DNA of 64,000 nt, from IMG/VR virus record IMGVR_UViG_3300021387_003647; one strand, written 5' to 3'. Positions within the stretch are counted from its first letter, which is position 1; every line of letters begins with the position of its first letter. Origin of the DNA: an uncultured virus (IMG/VR IMGVR_UViG_3300021387_003647). Its lineage: Duplodnaviria > Heunggongvirae > Uroviricota > Caudoviricetes. The position numbers and the translations under genes are program-made. This document shows, piece after piece, positions 32,413-43,370 of the stretch. The notes under the pieces were generated by a model. That model had not been told where the DNA came from and searched no databases. It worked only from the letters and a program-made list of their open reading frames with translations.

Positions 32413-32641
32413 TTAATACAAATACTTCATCACCGATATGAACCATTTCCTTAACGAGATGGTTGGGAGAGAGGATAAGTCCGCATGATTTCTGATGCGA
32501 CATCATTTCGATGCCGATAATCGTGAAACCACAGTGGCCGATTTCCACTTCATCGCCGATGTGCATAACCACACCGGTCTTGTCGTCACAGCATACAATA
32601 TATCCGCGACCCGTTACTCTGACAATGTCCGTTACTATCAT
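32387..32641 (-). CDS. hypothetical protein (small beta-barrel-like)
   Basis: ORF track; VTGRG..IGDEVEI. Confidence 0.55.
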   Translation of the reverse strand: MIVTDIVRVTGRGYIVCCDDKTGVVMHIGDEVEIGHCGFTIIGIEMMSHQKSCGLILSPNHLVKEMVHIGDEVFVLNDDSDEED

Positions 32642-32645
32642 ATCT

Positions 32646-32900
32646 TTACCAGTCTGATTCTAAATTATGCTCGTACATAAATTCAGTGCATTTGTCTGCG
32701 TACTTCTTGCGGATTTCTCCGATAGTAGTGTCTGGACCGTATTCCTTCTCTAAGATGCAAAACATTTCCAGTTCACTCATCATATCTTCCCACCGGTTGA
32801 TAATCTTCTCATCCGTATCTAACACTTCATCTTCTTCGGACATAATCTGAAACTCCTGTCCGTCAGATGCTCCCCAAAGTTTTTCTTTTTCTTCGTTCAT
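32646..32900 (-). CDS. hypothetical protein
   Basis: ATGA overlap with upstream gene. Confidence 0.6.
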   Translation of the reverse strand: MNEEKEKLWGASDGQEFQIMSEEDEVLDTDEKIINRWEDMMSELEMFCILEKEYGPDTTIGEIRKKYADKCTEFMYEHNLESDW

Positions 32901-33175
32901 TGCTTTTCTTCATTTAGTCGTATTATTTCCAGATACCACTGTTCAGTAGTATCAATGAGTTTCTTCAATTGTTTCTCGGAAATCTTCTGAGTAATCAGAG
33001 ACTTGACTTCGATTTTTCTTGATTCGTAGTTTGGGAATACAAAGAACTTCACAGTGTCATCAAGTTCTTCTCTAAGCATAATTCTCATACGATCAATCAT
33101 TTGCACAACCCGTTCAGTCGGCATATCTTTCGCACCGACATCAAACACCAGGAACAATTTCTTACAGTCTTTCAT
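32897..33175 (-). CDS. hypothetical protein
   Basis: ATG at 33175 overlaps the upstream TGA. Confidence 0.6.
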   Translation of the reverse strand: MKDCKKLFLVFDVGAKDMPTERVVQMIDRMRIMLREELDDTVKFFVFPNYESRKIEVKSLITQKISEKQLKKLIDTTEQWYLEIIRLNEEKQ

Positions 33176-33630
33176 AACAGTGTATTGCTTTGAATTTTCG
33201 GAAACTTCACTACGTGCGACATCTTGACGCGCCGCAGCAACTGCTGATATTCGTGAACATACGTCATCGGCACTTTCTCTTCGTGATATGAGTATTTGAC
33301 ACATACGCAGAACTTTGCTCCGCCAGAATTGGGCAACTTGTCAAAGTCTTTGATAACACTCATAAAGAAGTCATCACGCGGCTTCTCGCCGGTGTAAACC
33401 ATTTGTCCAGCTATGAAATCAACGAAACTATTCTCCTGGAAAAACTCCAGACTCAGCGGGATATAGTTCATATCTTCAGCAAAGAAAGTTTCTTCACCGT
33501 AGTGCCGTGCAATGACACTGACCAACCACTTGCCGTCCGTCTCGCGCTTCTTCAGTTCGGTGACTGGACATTCCCAATAACGATGATTATAGATGCAATC
33601 ATCAAGCATTAATACTTTCGGATCTACCAT
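33172..33630 (-). CDS. hypothetical protein
   Basis: Preceded by TATTTTTG host-type promoter (33661-33668). Confidence 0.6.
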   Translation of the reverse strand: MVDPKVLMLDDCIYNHRYWECPVTELKKRETDGKWLVSVIARHYGEETFFAEDMNYIPLSLEFFQENSFVDFIAGQMVYTGEKPRDDFFMSVIKDFDKLPNSGGAKFCVCVKYSYHEEKVPMTYVHEYQQLLRRVKMSHVVKFPKIQSNTLL

Positions 33631-33756
33631 TGTTCTTTTTCTTTAAGTTGTTTCTGCCTGCAAAAATACACATAATATTTTAAATCTGCAAACTTTCTGG
33701 CAGAAAACTTGCGGAAATTAACATTTTTAACATTTGAAGCAGTATAAATGACGAGA

Positions 33757-34833
33757 TTATGCAATCAACGGATTCACCATCATCGGTTTTATGAGCATCT
33801 CGCGGAGTTTGTCTGTATAGATGTTGATATGCTATATAATCTCTTCATCGGTGGGAGATATATTCAAATTTGTTAGATTGTCTAGTTCATCTATTACTTC
33901 CTTATCAAAGAAAAGACGAAGGGTCTTGAGGATAGAATATCTTGAATTTGTGTTGACATACTAGATAAACTGCGGACCGTATTCAAGAAACTGGTCGACA
34001 TTCCCGAAGATAAAATCACGCAAATAACCACAAATACACATATTTCGGAACGCATAATGGATAAGAGTCTGTTTGATGAAGTGCTCATATATATTCTTGG
34101 AATAGACAGTAAAATCACACGATATATCATGGAGATAAGTAACACCCTTTACATTAACCGGGAAACTACGCATCCCGTTCTTGACTGGTAATGCGTGATA
34201 CGAACGCTGAACAATTCGCTTGAACACTCTCGGCAACAGCCAAGCCTGGAATCCGGAATAGATGTTAATATGCTTAGCATCCGGGTCAACTATCGCACTG
34301 ACAATCTCGTAGATTCTCTCAACTTCCGGTTCGTAAGAGCCGTTGCCGTCAGCATCGGTCAGCATCGAGACAACTCTCCGACTCATCGGATCCGTTGTTG
34401 CCTGTTGAGTGCCGGCAATCCATTTCGGACTCATCACTGTATAAGACACAGAACCGTAGAGAAGATTGTTTAATGTCAGAATGAACGACATCACACTGCA
34501 ATAAGTGCGGCGGTTGAAGTTCACGTATAGATTCACCATACTCTCGTTAATAGAGACGTGTTCTGGATAGAACTCTATCGCATCTTCCAGTTCCCGTTCT
34601 GAACCGGATGTCAGCCAGTCATCAACATACTGATACATATCAACATAGTGTAGAATCTTCTTAGTCAGTTTCAGATTCGGCTAGTTGAGTTTGACAACAG
34701 TGTTGTCCCACATAGCAATGCGAAGGTCCCACTCTGCGGGAATCACTTCCCTGCTGCCGACAACATTCTAAGCATCCTGTTGCTCGATGTCGTCGGCACT
34801 GATACGGTCCAGATAATCTTCAAACAGTTTCAT
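33757..34833 (-). CDS. hypothetical protein, 'EDY(F/L)D' family (four in-frame TAGs)
   Basis: MKLFEDYLDR start; continuous to TAA at 33757 if TAG is read. Confidence 0.65.
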
Positions 34834-34847
34834 GTTCTATTTATTGC

Positions 34848-36011
34848 TCAGATAAGATTGCTGATATATTCCAGGTCCGTTGCCTTTGTGAAGTCAGCCA
34901 ATCGGTTGAAAGTCTTATCAAGATTATTCTTGAAAGAATGTTTTGTGTCACTCATCGGCAGGAAGTAATATTCATTATTCGGCTTGACTTTCTGTTTGCT
35001 TCTCCAGTCGAGCATCTGCATCAGATTATCTAAAGCATGATTCTCGTAATTAACTTTAATATACGGATTTATACAATCTGACATTTCAACAGATGAATCA
35101 ATATTATAATCAAAGGAAGTTGCAATGAATTGTAATCTCCCAATAATAATATCAATTAAGTTCATCTTAAAGATATAGTCTATCTTTGAGCGGCAAATAA
35201 CCTTCAACTGTTTTTCGAAAACATCTTTCTTGCTTTTCTATTTGTTCGGAATAAAATTGAAAGCAATCGTTGTTTCCCAGAAATTATTGTTCCGTTTCAT
35301 TATATGATGGAACGAATTCTCAAACTTACGGTTGAAGTAGTTGCTAGCAATAAACCCGAAACAATCAGAAAACTCATCATCTTTGATTATATTTCTGCCG
35401 GGAAGTTTCCCCATTTGAATAATCGCATTAATATAATTAGAAAAGTACGAGTTGTTTTCTTTCGAAAAATTCACAAAATTATTATCTTTCAAAAAGAGTA
35501 GCAAACTTCCAAACATACCTAGTTCTACTTTGTATAACTTATGTGAGTTATTATTGTTATTCAGACCGTCTTCCGCTGCCATCCACATATTGTCTTCTTC
35601 AATGTAATCATCTTCTTCAATAACTACATATCTTTTCGCTCCGAACTTCCGAGCTATCATAAACAAATGCCAACACAAATCCAGAATCTGGACTGCTGCA
35701 CATCTTTGCAATACGATTCTCCACATCGGACATTTAACAACACGGCTTGCGAAAATGTTATGCTCGAATGTTTCCTGACTATAATGCAAAATATTCTTAT
35801 CATTTTCTAGATAAGTATTCATACGGCGGAACAACTGGTCATTGTTCGCATTGTCCGTCTCAAACTTTATTGTAAGATGATAACCACCGAAACTATGAGC
35901 ATATTCTTTCGAATCAATACTCACAGCATCAGAGTCATTGAACAAATCTTCAGCAGACTTGTTGTCGAAGTAGTCAGTCTCGTATAAATACGGATTCTAA
36001 ACCTTTTTCAT
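34848..36011 (-). CDS. hypothetical protein, 'DYFD' family (two in-frame TAGs)
   Basis: Joins ORFs 35238..35945 and 34848..35207; YLYETDYFD near the start. Confidence 0.65.
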
Positions 36012-36255
36012 TTCTCTTAAGTTATTTATTTCTAATAATTATACTTTAGAAAATGACATGTGTATGCTCGTAAGGAAATTTTTTAATTCCTCGACGGTCT
36101 TTTTCTCTGCAATTACATGTATGCTTTCCGTTAAAAATAGTTAATACAGAGAAACTTTTTCTGGAAATGCTTGTATAATATAAAAATAATGTGTACCTTT
36201 GTGCGCAGAAACAAGTATAATATATAATAATGTATAATTTAAAAGCAAAAGAATC

Positions 36256-36957
36256 ATGGAACTGAATAAGAAGTACCCAAGGACTTATCACCTGCCGTTC
36301 TCACCCGGAACGACCAGTGATGACAAGAAACTCGGAGCCGACTGGTTTAAAGACTACGAGGGTAAAGAAATTATGATTTCCGAGAAACTAGACGGAGAGG
36401 CGACCGCAATGAATGTCCAAGATGTATATGCTCGTTCGCACGGTGCTCCCACTCGTAAAGAATGGGCTCGTAATCTCTGGCAAGCAGACGGACTTTATTG
36501 GAGAATACGTTCTCTTATCGGAGAAACAGAAATGATTTACGGAGAGAATCTCTACGGCATACATTCTATTGAATATACTAAACTTCCAAGTTATTGGCAT
36601 ATGTATGCAATGAACGACGGCGAGCGATGGTATTCGTGGGACGAGGTAGAAGAGATGGCTAAGATTCTCGACGTGCCGACTGTTCCTGTTCTCTGGCGCG
36701 GAATCGCTGAATCTGAGAAGCAGATTACTGACCTGATAATGAAGCATGTTGCTGAACTGTCAGTGTACGGTCCCACTCGTGAAGGCATTGTGATGCGTAC
36801 AGTCGAGAGTTTCCCGTTTGAAGAAGATGGAGAAGAAGCATTCCCGCATCACGTATGCAAGTGGGTGCGTCCGCATCACGTTCAGACTAATGTATTCTGG
36901 ACGAAGAACTGGAAGCGTGCGAAACTGATTTATGAAACTGAGGCACAACAGCAATGA
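36256..36957 (+). CDS. RNA ligase family protein
   Basis: YPRTYHLPFSPG, EKLDGE, GEN, EGIVMR, KWVR. Confidence 0.85.
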   Translation: MELNKKYPRTYHLPFSPGTTSDDKKLGADWFKDYEGKEIMISEKLDGEATAMNVQDVYARSHGAPTRKEWARNLWQADGLYWRIRSLIGETEMIYGENLYGIHSIEYTKLPSYWHMYAMNDGERWYSWDEVEEMAKILDVPTVPVLWRGIAESEKQITDLIMKHVAELSVYGPTREGIVMRTVESFPFEEDGEEAFPHHVCKWVRPHHVQTNVFWTKNWKRAKLIYETEAQQQ

Positions 36958-37136
36958 CAAGAGAAGAACTGATTTCACTATCTGGACAAGTAGTCAACGG
37001 AATGCTGTCTGCTGACGGTTCTATCATCTCAAAAGTGATAGACCGGACATTGCACAAGCAAATTGCAGAAAGCGCTGTTGATGTTGCTTACGATATGCTG
37101 AAGAAGATTGACAGCACGGATTTAAAAACTGAATAA
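36954..37136 (+). CDS. hypothetical protein
   Basis: ATGA overlap; operon packing. Confidence 0.55.
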   Translation: MTREELISLSGQVVNGMLSADGSIISKVIDRTLHKQIAESAVDVAYDMLKKIDSTDLKTE

Positions 37137-37139
37137 AAG

Positions 37140-38282
37140 ATGATTGCTTACAATTACATAGAAGACCACTGTCTAGACAGTTTGCGAGAACTGATGCAGC
37201 AGACTCCCCAGGACAAGAAGTTCCATGGTGAGGGTGATGTGCTTGCCCATACACTGATGGTTCACGATTTGGTTGACCTGCGCGGACTCTCTGCATCACA
37301 GGCAGCTGCTCTGAAAATTGCTGCACTGATGCATGACATCGGGAAAGTCCGCACCACACAAGTTGCCGGAGAAGACATTACTTGTCCGAACCATTCGCAG
37401 GTGGGTGCTCGTATGACCCGTGAAATTCTGTGGAAGCAGTTCGGACTTGCCGGCACAGAAGAAGCCATCAATTTCCGCGAAACGGTTGTCAACCTGGTGC
37501 GCTATCACGGATTCCCTCCGCATGTTATTGAAGATGAGTTCGCCCTGGCGAAAATGTATCGTGCTGCTGCCAACAGTCTGCTCGGAGCAAAGGACTTCAC
37601 GATGGATTTACTCTATCGTCTGGCTAAAGCAGATATGGCGGGCCGTGTCTGTCAGGACCAGGAAGATGCACTCGCTGCCGTTGAGTGTTTCCGCGATATG
37701 GCAGAAGAAGAGCATATTCTGAACAATGCTCCGGATTTTGTCAACTATGATGATGATCAGAAATATAATCTGAATAAGTTCTTGAATTTCAAGACCGGTA
37801 ATTGCAAGAATGCAAACTTGTTTAACGATACGCAGAACACCGTTCAAATGGTTTGCGGACTTCCCGGAACGGGCAAAGACACTTATATTCATCAGCGGCT
37901 GCAAAGTCCGTATATCGAACAGAAACCGGTTATCTCGCTGGATGATATTCGCAAGAAACTGCGATTGCAACCGGGTGACACGAACGGCATCGTCATTCAG
38001 ACTGCGAAAGAACAGGCGAAGGAGTATCTGCGCAAGCAAGAACACTTTGTGTGGAATGCCACGAACCTGACATATCTGCAACGCAAACAGATTATTGATT
38101 TGTGTGAGACTTATCATACTCGTGTGCAGATACATTATCTGGAGACGACTGCTGACGAACAGATAAAACGTAATCACAAACGTCCGAATGTCGTTCCGCA
38201 AAGTACGATTGACGAAATGATTGGGAAACTCCAGTTGCCAGAGTATTTCGAAGCGTATTATGTAAGTTGGAATGTTGTTTAA
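37140..38282 (+). CDS. HD-domain plus P-loop polynucleotide kinase (HD-Pnk-like end-healing enzyme)
   Basis: FHGEGDV.AHT, HDIGK, GLPGTGKDT, SLDDIR, WNATN. Confidence 0.8.
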   Translation: MIAYNYIEDHCLDSLRELMQQTPQDKKFHGEGDVLAHTLMVHDLVDLRGLSASQAAALKIAALMHDIGKVRTTQVAGEDITCPNHSQVGARMTREILWKQFGLAGTEEAINFRETVVNLVRYHGFPPHVIEDEFALAKMYRAAANSLLGAKDFTMDLLYRLAKADMAGRVCQDQEDALAAVECFRDMAEEEHILNNAPDFVNYDDDQKYNLNKFLNFKTGNCKNANLFNDTQNTVQMVCGLPGTGKDTYIHQRLQSPYIEQKPVISLDDIRKKLRLQPGDTNGIVIQTAKEQAKEYLRKQEHFVWNATNLTYLQRKQIIDLCETYHTRVQIHYLETTADEQIKRNHKRPNVVPQSTIDEMIGKLQLPEYFEAYYVSWNVV

Positions 38283-38337
38283 GATGATGAAGAGTTTTGA
38301 AGAGCAAGATTATTTGAACCAAAGATAAAGAAGAAAG

Positions 38338-38667
38338 ATGAAGAAATATTTCGCAGATATAGACGCAGGGAACTTGTGGTTATACCCTCATATAAAAGAA
38401 GTCGACTATGACCACTATGTGGAAATATCTAAGACTACTATTATGGGTTATGATGGAGACGTTAATCCTAATGGCCTGACTAGAACAGAAAAGAAAACTA
38501 TCAATTATTCTTTGTTCTGGAAGTATACTTTGTACGATACATATGAAGATGCTGAAGAATATCTGAAGCAAAGACTTGAAGAACGTCTCAAAGAAATCAA
38601 GCCAGAATTCGAGCATTTAAAAATCGAAATAAGTAACATTGAAACTGCATTAAAGAAATATGAATGA
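38338..38667 (+). CDS. hypothetical protein
   Basis: ORF track. Confidence 0.55.
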   Translation: MKKYFADIDAGNLWLYPHIKEVDYDHYVEISKTTIMGYDGDVNPNGLTRTEKKTINYSLFWKYTLYDTYEDAEEYLKQRLEERLKEIKPEFEHLKIEISNIETALKKYE

Positions 38668-39064
38668 TTTATTATTGACAAGAAAAGAGTTTAAAGAGAA
38701 AGTCTTTGCTCAGACGAACGGTAAATGTTGTGTTCCGGGATGTGACTGTGATGCAGTAGATGCTCATCATATCATGGACCGGAAACTGTGGAATGACGGC
38801 GGATACTATCTGTCGAACGGCGCTGCATTGTGTGCTAAGCATCACATGGATGCAGAACAAGGCCGGATTACTCCCAGACAATGCATAGAATATATGGGCA
38901 TATCATTTGGTGACATCCGCATTCCTGATGCTCTCAAAGAAGAGTACAATCATCCTGTCTTCGCTTACGACTTAGCAATAAAGAACGACGAGATTGACAA
39001 ATGGGGCAACAAAATAGAACAAAAAAACTACGACCCAGATTGGTATAAGAAGTATGATGATTAA
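38660..39064 (+). CDS. HNH endonuclease-like protein
   Basis: CCVPGC, DAHHI, NGAALCAKHH. Confidence 0.75.
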   Translation: MNDLLLTRKEFKEKVFAQTNGKCCVPGCDCDAVDAHHIMDRKLWNDGGYYLSNGAALCAKHHMDAEQGRITPRQCIEYMGISFGDIRIPDALKEEYNHPVFAYDLAIKNDEIDKWGNKIEQKNYDPDWYKKYDD

Positions 39065-39140
39065 AATATCCAGACACACGAAGAAAGAGAGACTTCATAA
39101 CGAAAGTCTCTCTTTTGTTTTTCATAATCGTAGTAGTGAT

Positions 39141-40043
39141 TTATTTCTCGAACTCTGTGTACAGACTGTTTATCTTGTCGTATAAGTAAGTCTTGATGTC
39201 TTTCATCTTCTGAATATGTCCGCTGCGCCGCAGCACCTTGAAGATGATGTTGCCGGCAGCCTGCTCTCCGTCTTTCGCAATAGCAAACTTACGAGCCTTG
39301 ACTATCTGGTCGTAAATCTTCTGGGTCTCATCAATCAGCATCTCAGCAAAGGGAATCGATCGGGTCTGATAAGCCAGTTCCTCGTACTTGTTAATCATAT
39401 TGATACACTTCGCTGCGGTCGTCTTGATGAGTTCGCGGTCCTTGATACCGTCGCGACTTCTCGGAATCTTCAGCCACCGACCGTATAGAACTGAATAGAT
39501 GCCGTTGCTCTCGGTGACAACATCCGTGTTCTGTACGTACATCTCTACCGGATAACCGTAAATCAGCAGTTTGTGCTTCTTGTTGAAGTTGTCCTTGATA
39601 TGGTTGAAGATGCTCTGTAACGTCTCGGGAGTTCCGTACTGGCGCAGTTTTGCGTAGTCAACAACCACGTGCAAATCCACATCGCTGTACTTACTCCAAT
39701 TGAACTGAGCCAGTGAACCGACCAGTTGAATGTCGTAGATACGCATCTCGGGGAACTAGTCTATATCCTCCACGAAGTCTCGTGCAATCTTGATGAGTCG
39801 CTTGCGGATAACTTTCTTCAAGTCGCCTGTCTTTAGGTTGAACACCGTGGGACAGAGTGTACTCTTCTCGCGGAAACTGTTCAGGTTCACCTGGTCCGGA
39901 GTAATCTCATCTGCTTCATCAGTATAGTCTTCCGTCGGATAATCTTCATCCGTATTACCCGTCTGCGCATACTGTTCTACAGAATCTATCGGGAATATCT
40001 CTTCGAAAATGTCATCGAACTCGTTTGAATAATCGTTTGTCAT
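39141..40043 (-). CDS. nucleotidyltransferase (Pol beta superfamily), joined through TAG at 39756-39758
   Basis: VGSLAQFNWSKYSDVDLHV; GATAAATA at 40069-40076. Confidence 0.8.
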
Positions 40044-40108
40044 TTCTAAAAATCCTTAAACTTTTCGGTATTTATCAAACTTTATAAAAAACTCTGAGTA
40101 TAATTAGT

Positions 40109-40519
40109 ATGGAAGAGAAAAAGACATTTAACATAGACTCTGTGTTCAGCGATATTGGCGAGGACATTGAAGAGAATCCCGCAGCAGAATTACAGGACGG
40201 GAAAGACATGGACGAATGGTTCGAGACGTGTATATACAGTCCGCGGACATTCAAGGGCAACTGTATTACGGGCATCGAGAGCGATGAGTACAGTGTGAAA
40301 GTGCGATACCAGTTGGATGATATTTCCCAGCCGGAACAAGTGCGTACATTATCTATATGTGCTGCAACCGTAAAAGAGTTGGGCTATGTTATCAGCGAAT
40401 TCAAGCCGGAAGACGATACAGCATGCAACGAATTGCTGATATATGGGCATCCCGACGACCCGGACGATGAGTTTCATTCTCGACTGGATACAGACCTGAG
40501 CCGCTGGTTCAGTGTATAG
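40109..40519 (+). CDS. hypothetical protein; 3' end is a TAG, so it probably continues in frame into 40523..40861
   Basis: Promoter motif at 40078-40104; ORF 40523 is in the same frame 3 nt after the TAG. Confidence 0.55.
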   Translation: MEEKKTFNIDSVFSDIGEDIEENPAAELQDGKDMDEWFETCIYSPRTFKGNCITGIESDEYSVKVRYQLDDISQPEQVRTLSICAATVKELGYVISEFKPEDDTACNELLIYGHPDDPDDEFHSRLDTDLSRWFSV

Positions 40520-40916
40520 AACGTGTTCCGGTATGTACGGGTGTCGGGATGTTTCGAAAGTATCGAAGACATGCAGCAGACTATCAGGCGGTTGTATGAC
40601 AATCTGACCGATCGGAAGCACGAAGCGAAAGTACGCATTCATATGGACTCAAAAGTCAGAGACGACGAAGGACGGTTGCGCACGATAGCCGATCTGGTGC
40701 ATAGCGGGTATATCAAACCGGAGATTATCCAGAACGGGCAGAATATGATAGACTACGTTTACCGGAAAGTTCCCCGGTCGTGGACAGCGAAACTGTTTAC
40801 GAAAGACTTGGTGATGCCTTCGTTGTTCAGCAGTGAAGATACGGAAAATTCCGAAAAATAAACTTTCCCGGAATTCCGGAGTATAATTAGCAGAAACATA
40901 AAAGATTTACTGACAA

Positions 40917-41354
40917 ATGGAAAAGTTTTTGAGATTAGAGTACGCAGACGGCACGAAGCGAGTCATCAAGCACGGCTACCTGGATGACTTTGAAGTACGT
41001 GCAGTGACGAATACATCCGATGCGAAGATACTGGAGCCGCTGACTATCTGTGTTCATTATTATGATATTGCTACAGGCAGTGACTGCGAAGACCTGGTGC
41101 TGCGCGGAGAGATGGTATATAGTGAGGAACTGACTTACGATGAGTGCAAGCAGTTGATTGCCGACTTCAGCACCCGTCTGAAGCACTTTGATGCCGAACC
41201 GCAGTATTCCTATAACAAACAGCAGCACCGTGCTTCGCTGGTCAATATGAAGATTGCCGAAGATGCTAGTGATCCGTATGAGTATTCATTCGGTGTCGGC
41301 AAGAACGAACTCGCTGCAATGCAGGAATTAATCCGTCACTTTGAACAGGTATAA
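40917..41354 (+). CDS. hypothetical protein
   Basis: Promoter motif at 40861-40887. Confidence 0.6.
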   Translation: MEKFLRLEYADGTKRVIKHGYLDDFEVRAVTNTSDAKILEPLTICVHYYDIATGSDCEDLVLRGEMVYSEELTYDECKQLIADFSTRLKHFDAEPQYSYNKQQHRASLVNMKIAEDASDPYEYSFGVGKNELAAMQELIRHFEQV

Positions 41355-41360
41355 CAAGTT

Positions 41361-42494
41361 ATGGCAGCAAAGAAAGACGATTTCACTACACTGACTATCA
41401 AGTCGGGAACAGCCATCTTTATCTCTGACATCCACTTCGGAAAGTATCAGTCGATAGAAGAGTGGCAGCACAACCAGCGTGACTATTTCCAGAACTGGTT
41501 CTTCCCGTTCATCAAGCAGCAGTTACAGAAGACTCCCGATGCTGTACTAATAGTTCTCGGAGATGTCTATGACGACCGCAAGAGCATCGACATCGATGTC
41601 AACAACTTGTGTATCGATGTGTTCGAAGAACTGGCTGCGATGCTGCCGTGCTATGTCATCAACGGCAACCACGACTTGACAAAGCGCACCAACAGCGGCA
41701 ACTCGTCACTGCGTTCACTGAACAACATCAACAATCTGACTATTATCAAGGAGCCGATGCTGTTGAAGTTCAAGCAAGGCACGAAAGTACTGGCTAGTGC
41801 TGCTGCTATTCCGTATCTGGGAGACTGCAACGAAGAGAACAAGGAACTGGTGCGATTCTCCGGCCGGGCTGAATATGCACTGATGCACGATGATATCTCG
41901 AAGATGAAGTTCGACAACGGTATGACGATTGTCGGTGCAGTAGATGCAGAGAAGTTCTCCGGCCGGGTATTCTCCGGCCATGTGCATAAGCGACAGGAGA
42001 CAGAGAAAGTAGTCTATGTGGGCAGTCCGTATCATCTGGAATACAGTGATGTGGGTAATCAAAAAGGCATCTATGTGTTGAACGTGGCAACAGGTGACTT
42101 GGAGTTTGTCCCCAACAACTATTCTCCGGTATTCCAGAAGATTCCCATCGAGAAGTTTATGAATATGACGGATGATGAGAAAGTTCGAGCACTGAAAAAC
42201 AACTATACAGAGATTCAGTATATCGATGTAGACGGTGAGAAATATCCGCTGGCACAAATCAAGAACTTCTTGACTACGTGCGGTGCAAAGGATGCTCACC
42301 TGAAGGAACTGCACTCGAAAATAGAGATAAAAGACAACGGGGAAGAAGTAGTCCACGAAGAGAAACCCTTAGAAGAACTCATCAACTATTCTATTGACAA
42401 TATTCAGAACGCTGATGAGCAGCTAAAGGCAGAACTGAAAACACTGTCGGCACGCTATTTGCATGAAGCACAACAAGAACAGGGAGAGAAATGA
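41361..42494 (+). CDS. Mre11/SbcD-like recombination endonuclease (T4 gp47-like)
   Basis: SDIHFG, LGDVYD, GNHD, SGHVH, YVGSPY. Confidence 0.85.
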   Translation: MAAKKDDFTTLTIKSGTAIFISDIHFGKYQSIEEWQHNQRDYFQNWFFPFIKQQLQKTPDAVLIVLGDVYDDRKSIDIDVNNLCIDVFEELAAMLPCYVINGNHDLTKRTNSGNSSLRSLNNINNLTIIKEPMLLKFKQGTKVLASAAAIPYLGDCNEENKELVRFSGRAEYALMHDDISKMKFDNGMTIVGAVDAEKFSGRVFSGHVHKRQETEKVVYVGSPYHLEYSDVGNQKGIYVLNVATGDLEFVPNNYSPVFQKIPIEKFMNMTDDEKVRALKNNYTEIQYIDVDGEKYPLAQIKNFLTTCGAKDAHLKELHSKIEIKDNGEEVVHEEKPLEELINYSIDNIQNADEQLKAELKTLSARYLHEAQQEQGEK

Positions 42495-42961
42495 TGGATA
42501 TACACGAAGAAAACAGACAGCGAATACTGGAGAAGTTTAAGAAACGTAAGGAACAGAATCTCCAGGAAGCAGAGAGTTGCGAGTATCGCAGACTCCCTGA
42601 GAATGTTGATGAACGCATCGACTATCTGATGAACTACGTAGCCGGTCTCGACATCGAGTTGAAAGATACGATGGTTGACATATGGGACGGTTTCGTAGAA
42701 CTGGAATTCTGTTTTGACGGAGATGTTATTTTCAATATTCGAGTGTATTGCGAATACAAGCCAGAAGACGAAGATATGTGTACGTTCGTCATTCATTGTC
42801 TGAAGTCGAAACTCCCAAACGGCAATAACATTCTGTTCAGCGGTGCTGTGAATATGAGACAAACACTGTTCCCGTTTATCAACGATATAATCACTAAAGC
42901 AAAGGAAAAGCAATGGACAATCACAGAAGAGACAATATCCAGAGATTCTATGACTATCTGA
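42491..42961 (+). CDS. hypothetical protein
   Basis: ATGA overlap. Confidence 0.6.
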   Translation: MMDIHEENRQRILEKFKKRKEQNLQEAESCEYRRLPENVDERIDYLMNYVAGLDIELKDTMVDIWDGFVELEFCFDGDVIFNIRVYCEYKPEDEDMCTFVIHCLKSKLPNGNNILFSGAVNMRQTLFPFINDIITKAKEKQWTITEETISRDSMTI

Positions 42962-43350
42962 ATCGAAAGAAGAACAATCAGTGCAAAGACTGGATAAACA
43001 CTATCACACGAGAAGAATGGCATCGCTTGGAACGTATGATGTGGGAATTTTCCCGCTTGGAGATTTCCGACTTTCTTATCTCATGCTGGTACGACTACGA
43101 AGATGATGAAGGTCACTGGACTACCCGTTCGTTTCACTGGTGGATATTCTTCCCGGACAATTACGAACTGAGTGTCGACTTGTGGACGCTTCCGCTGGAA
43201 GATGAGCAGTGCGAAGAAGAATGCGTATTCAGTATATGGAATCCGCAGAACGAACTGCTCGTATCAGACACACTAAGTCTGACTGATATTGTTGACAAAT
43301 GGATTAGTATATACGAACAGACCAAAAAAGAAATGACTGCTGAAGCATAA
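42913..43350 (+). CDS. hypothetical protein
   Basis: ORF track. Confidence 0.55.
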   Translation: MDNHRRDNIQRFYDYLNRKKNNQCKDWINTITREEWHRLERMMWEFSRLEISDFLISCWYDYEDDEGHWTTRSFHWWIFFPDNYELSVDLWTLPLEDEQCEEECVFSIWNPQNELLVSDTLSLTDIVDKWISIYEQTKKEMTAEA

Positions 43351-43370
43351 ACTCTCAGCAGTCATCTTTT

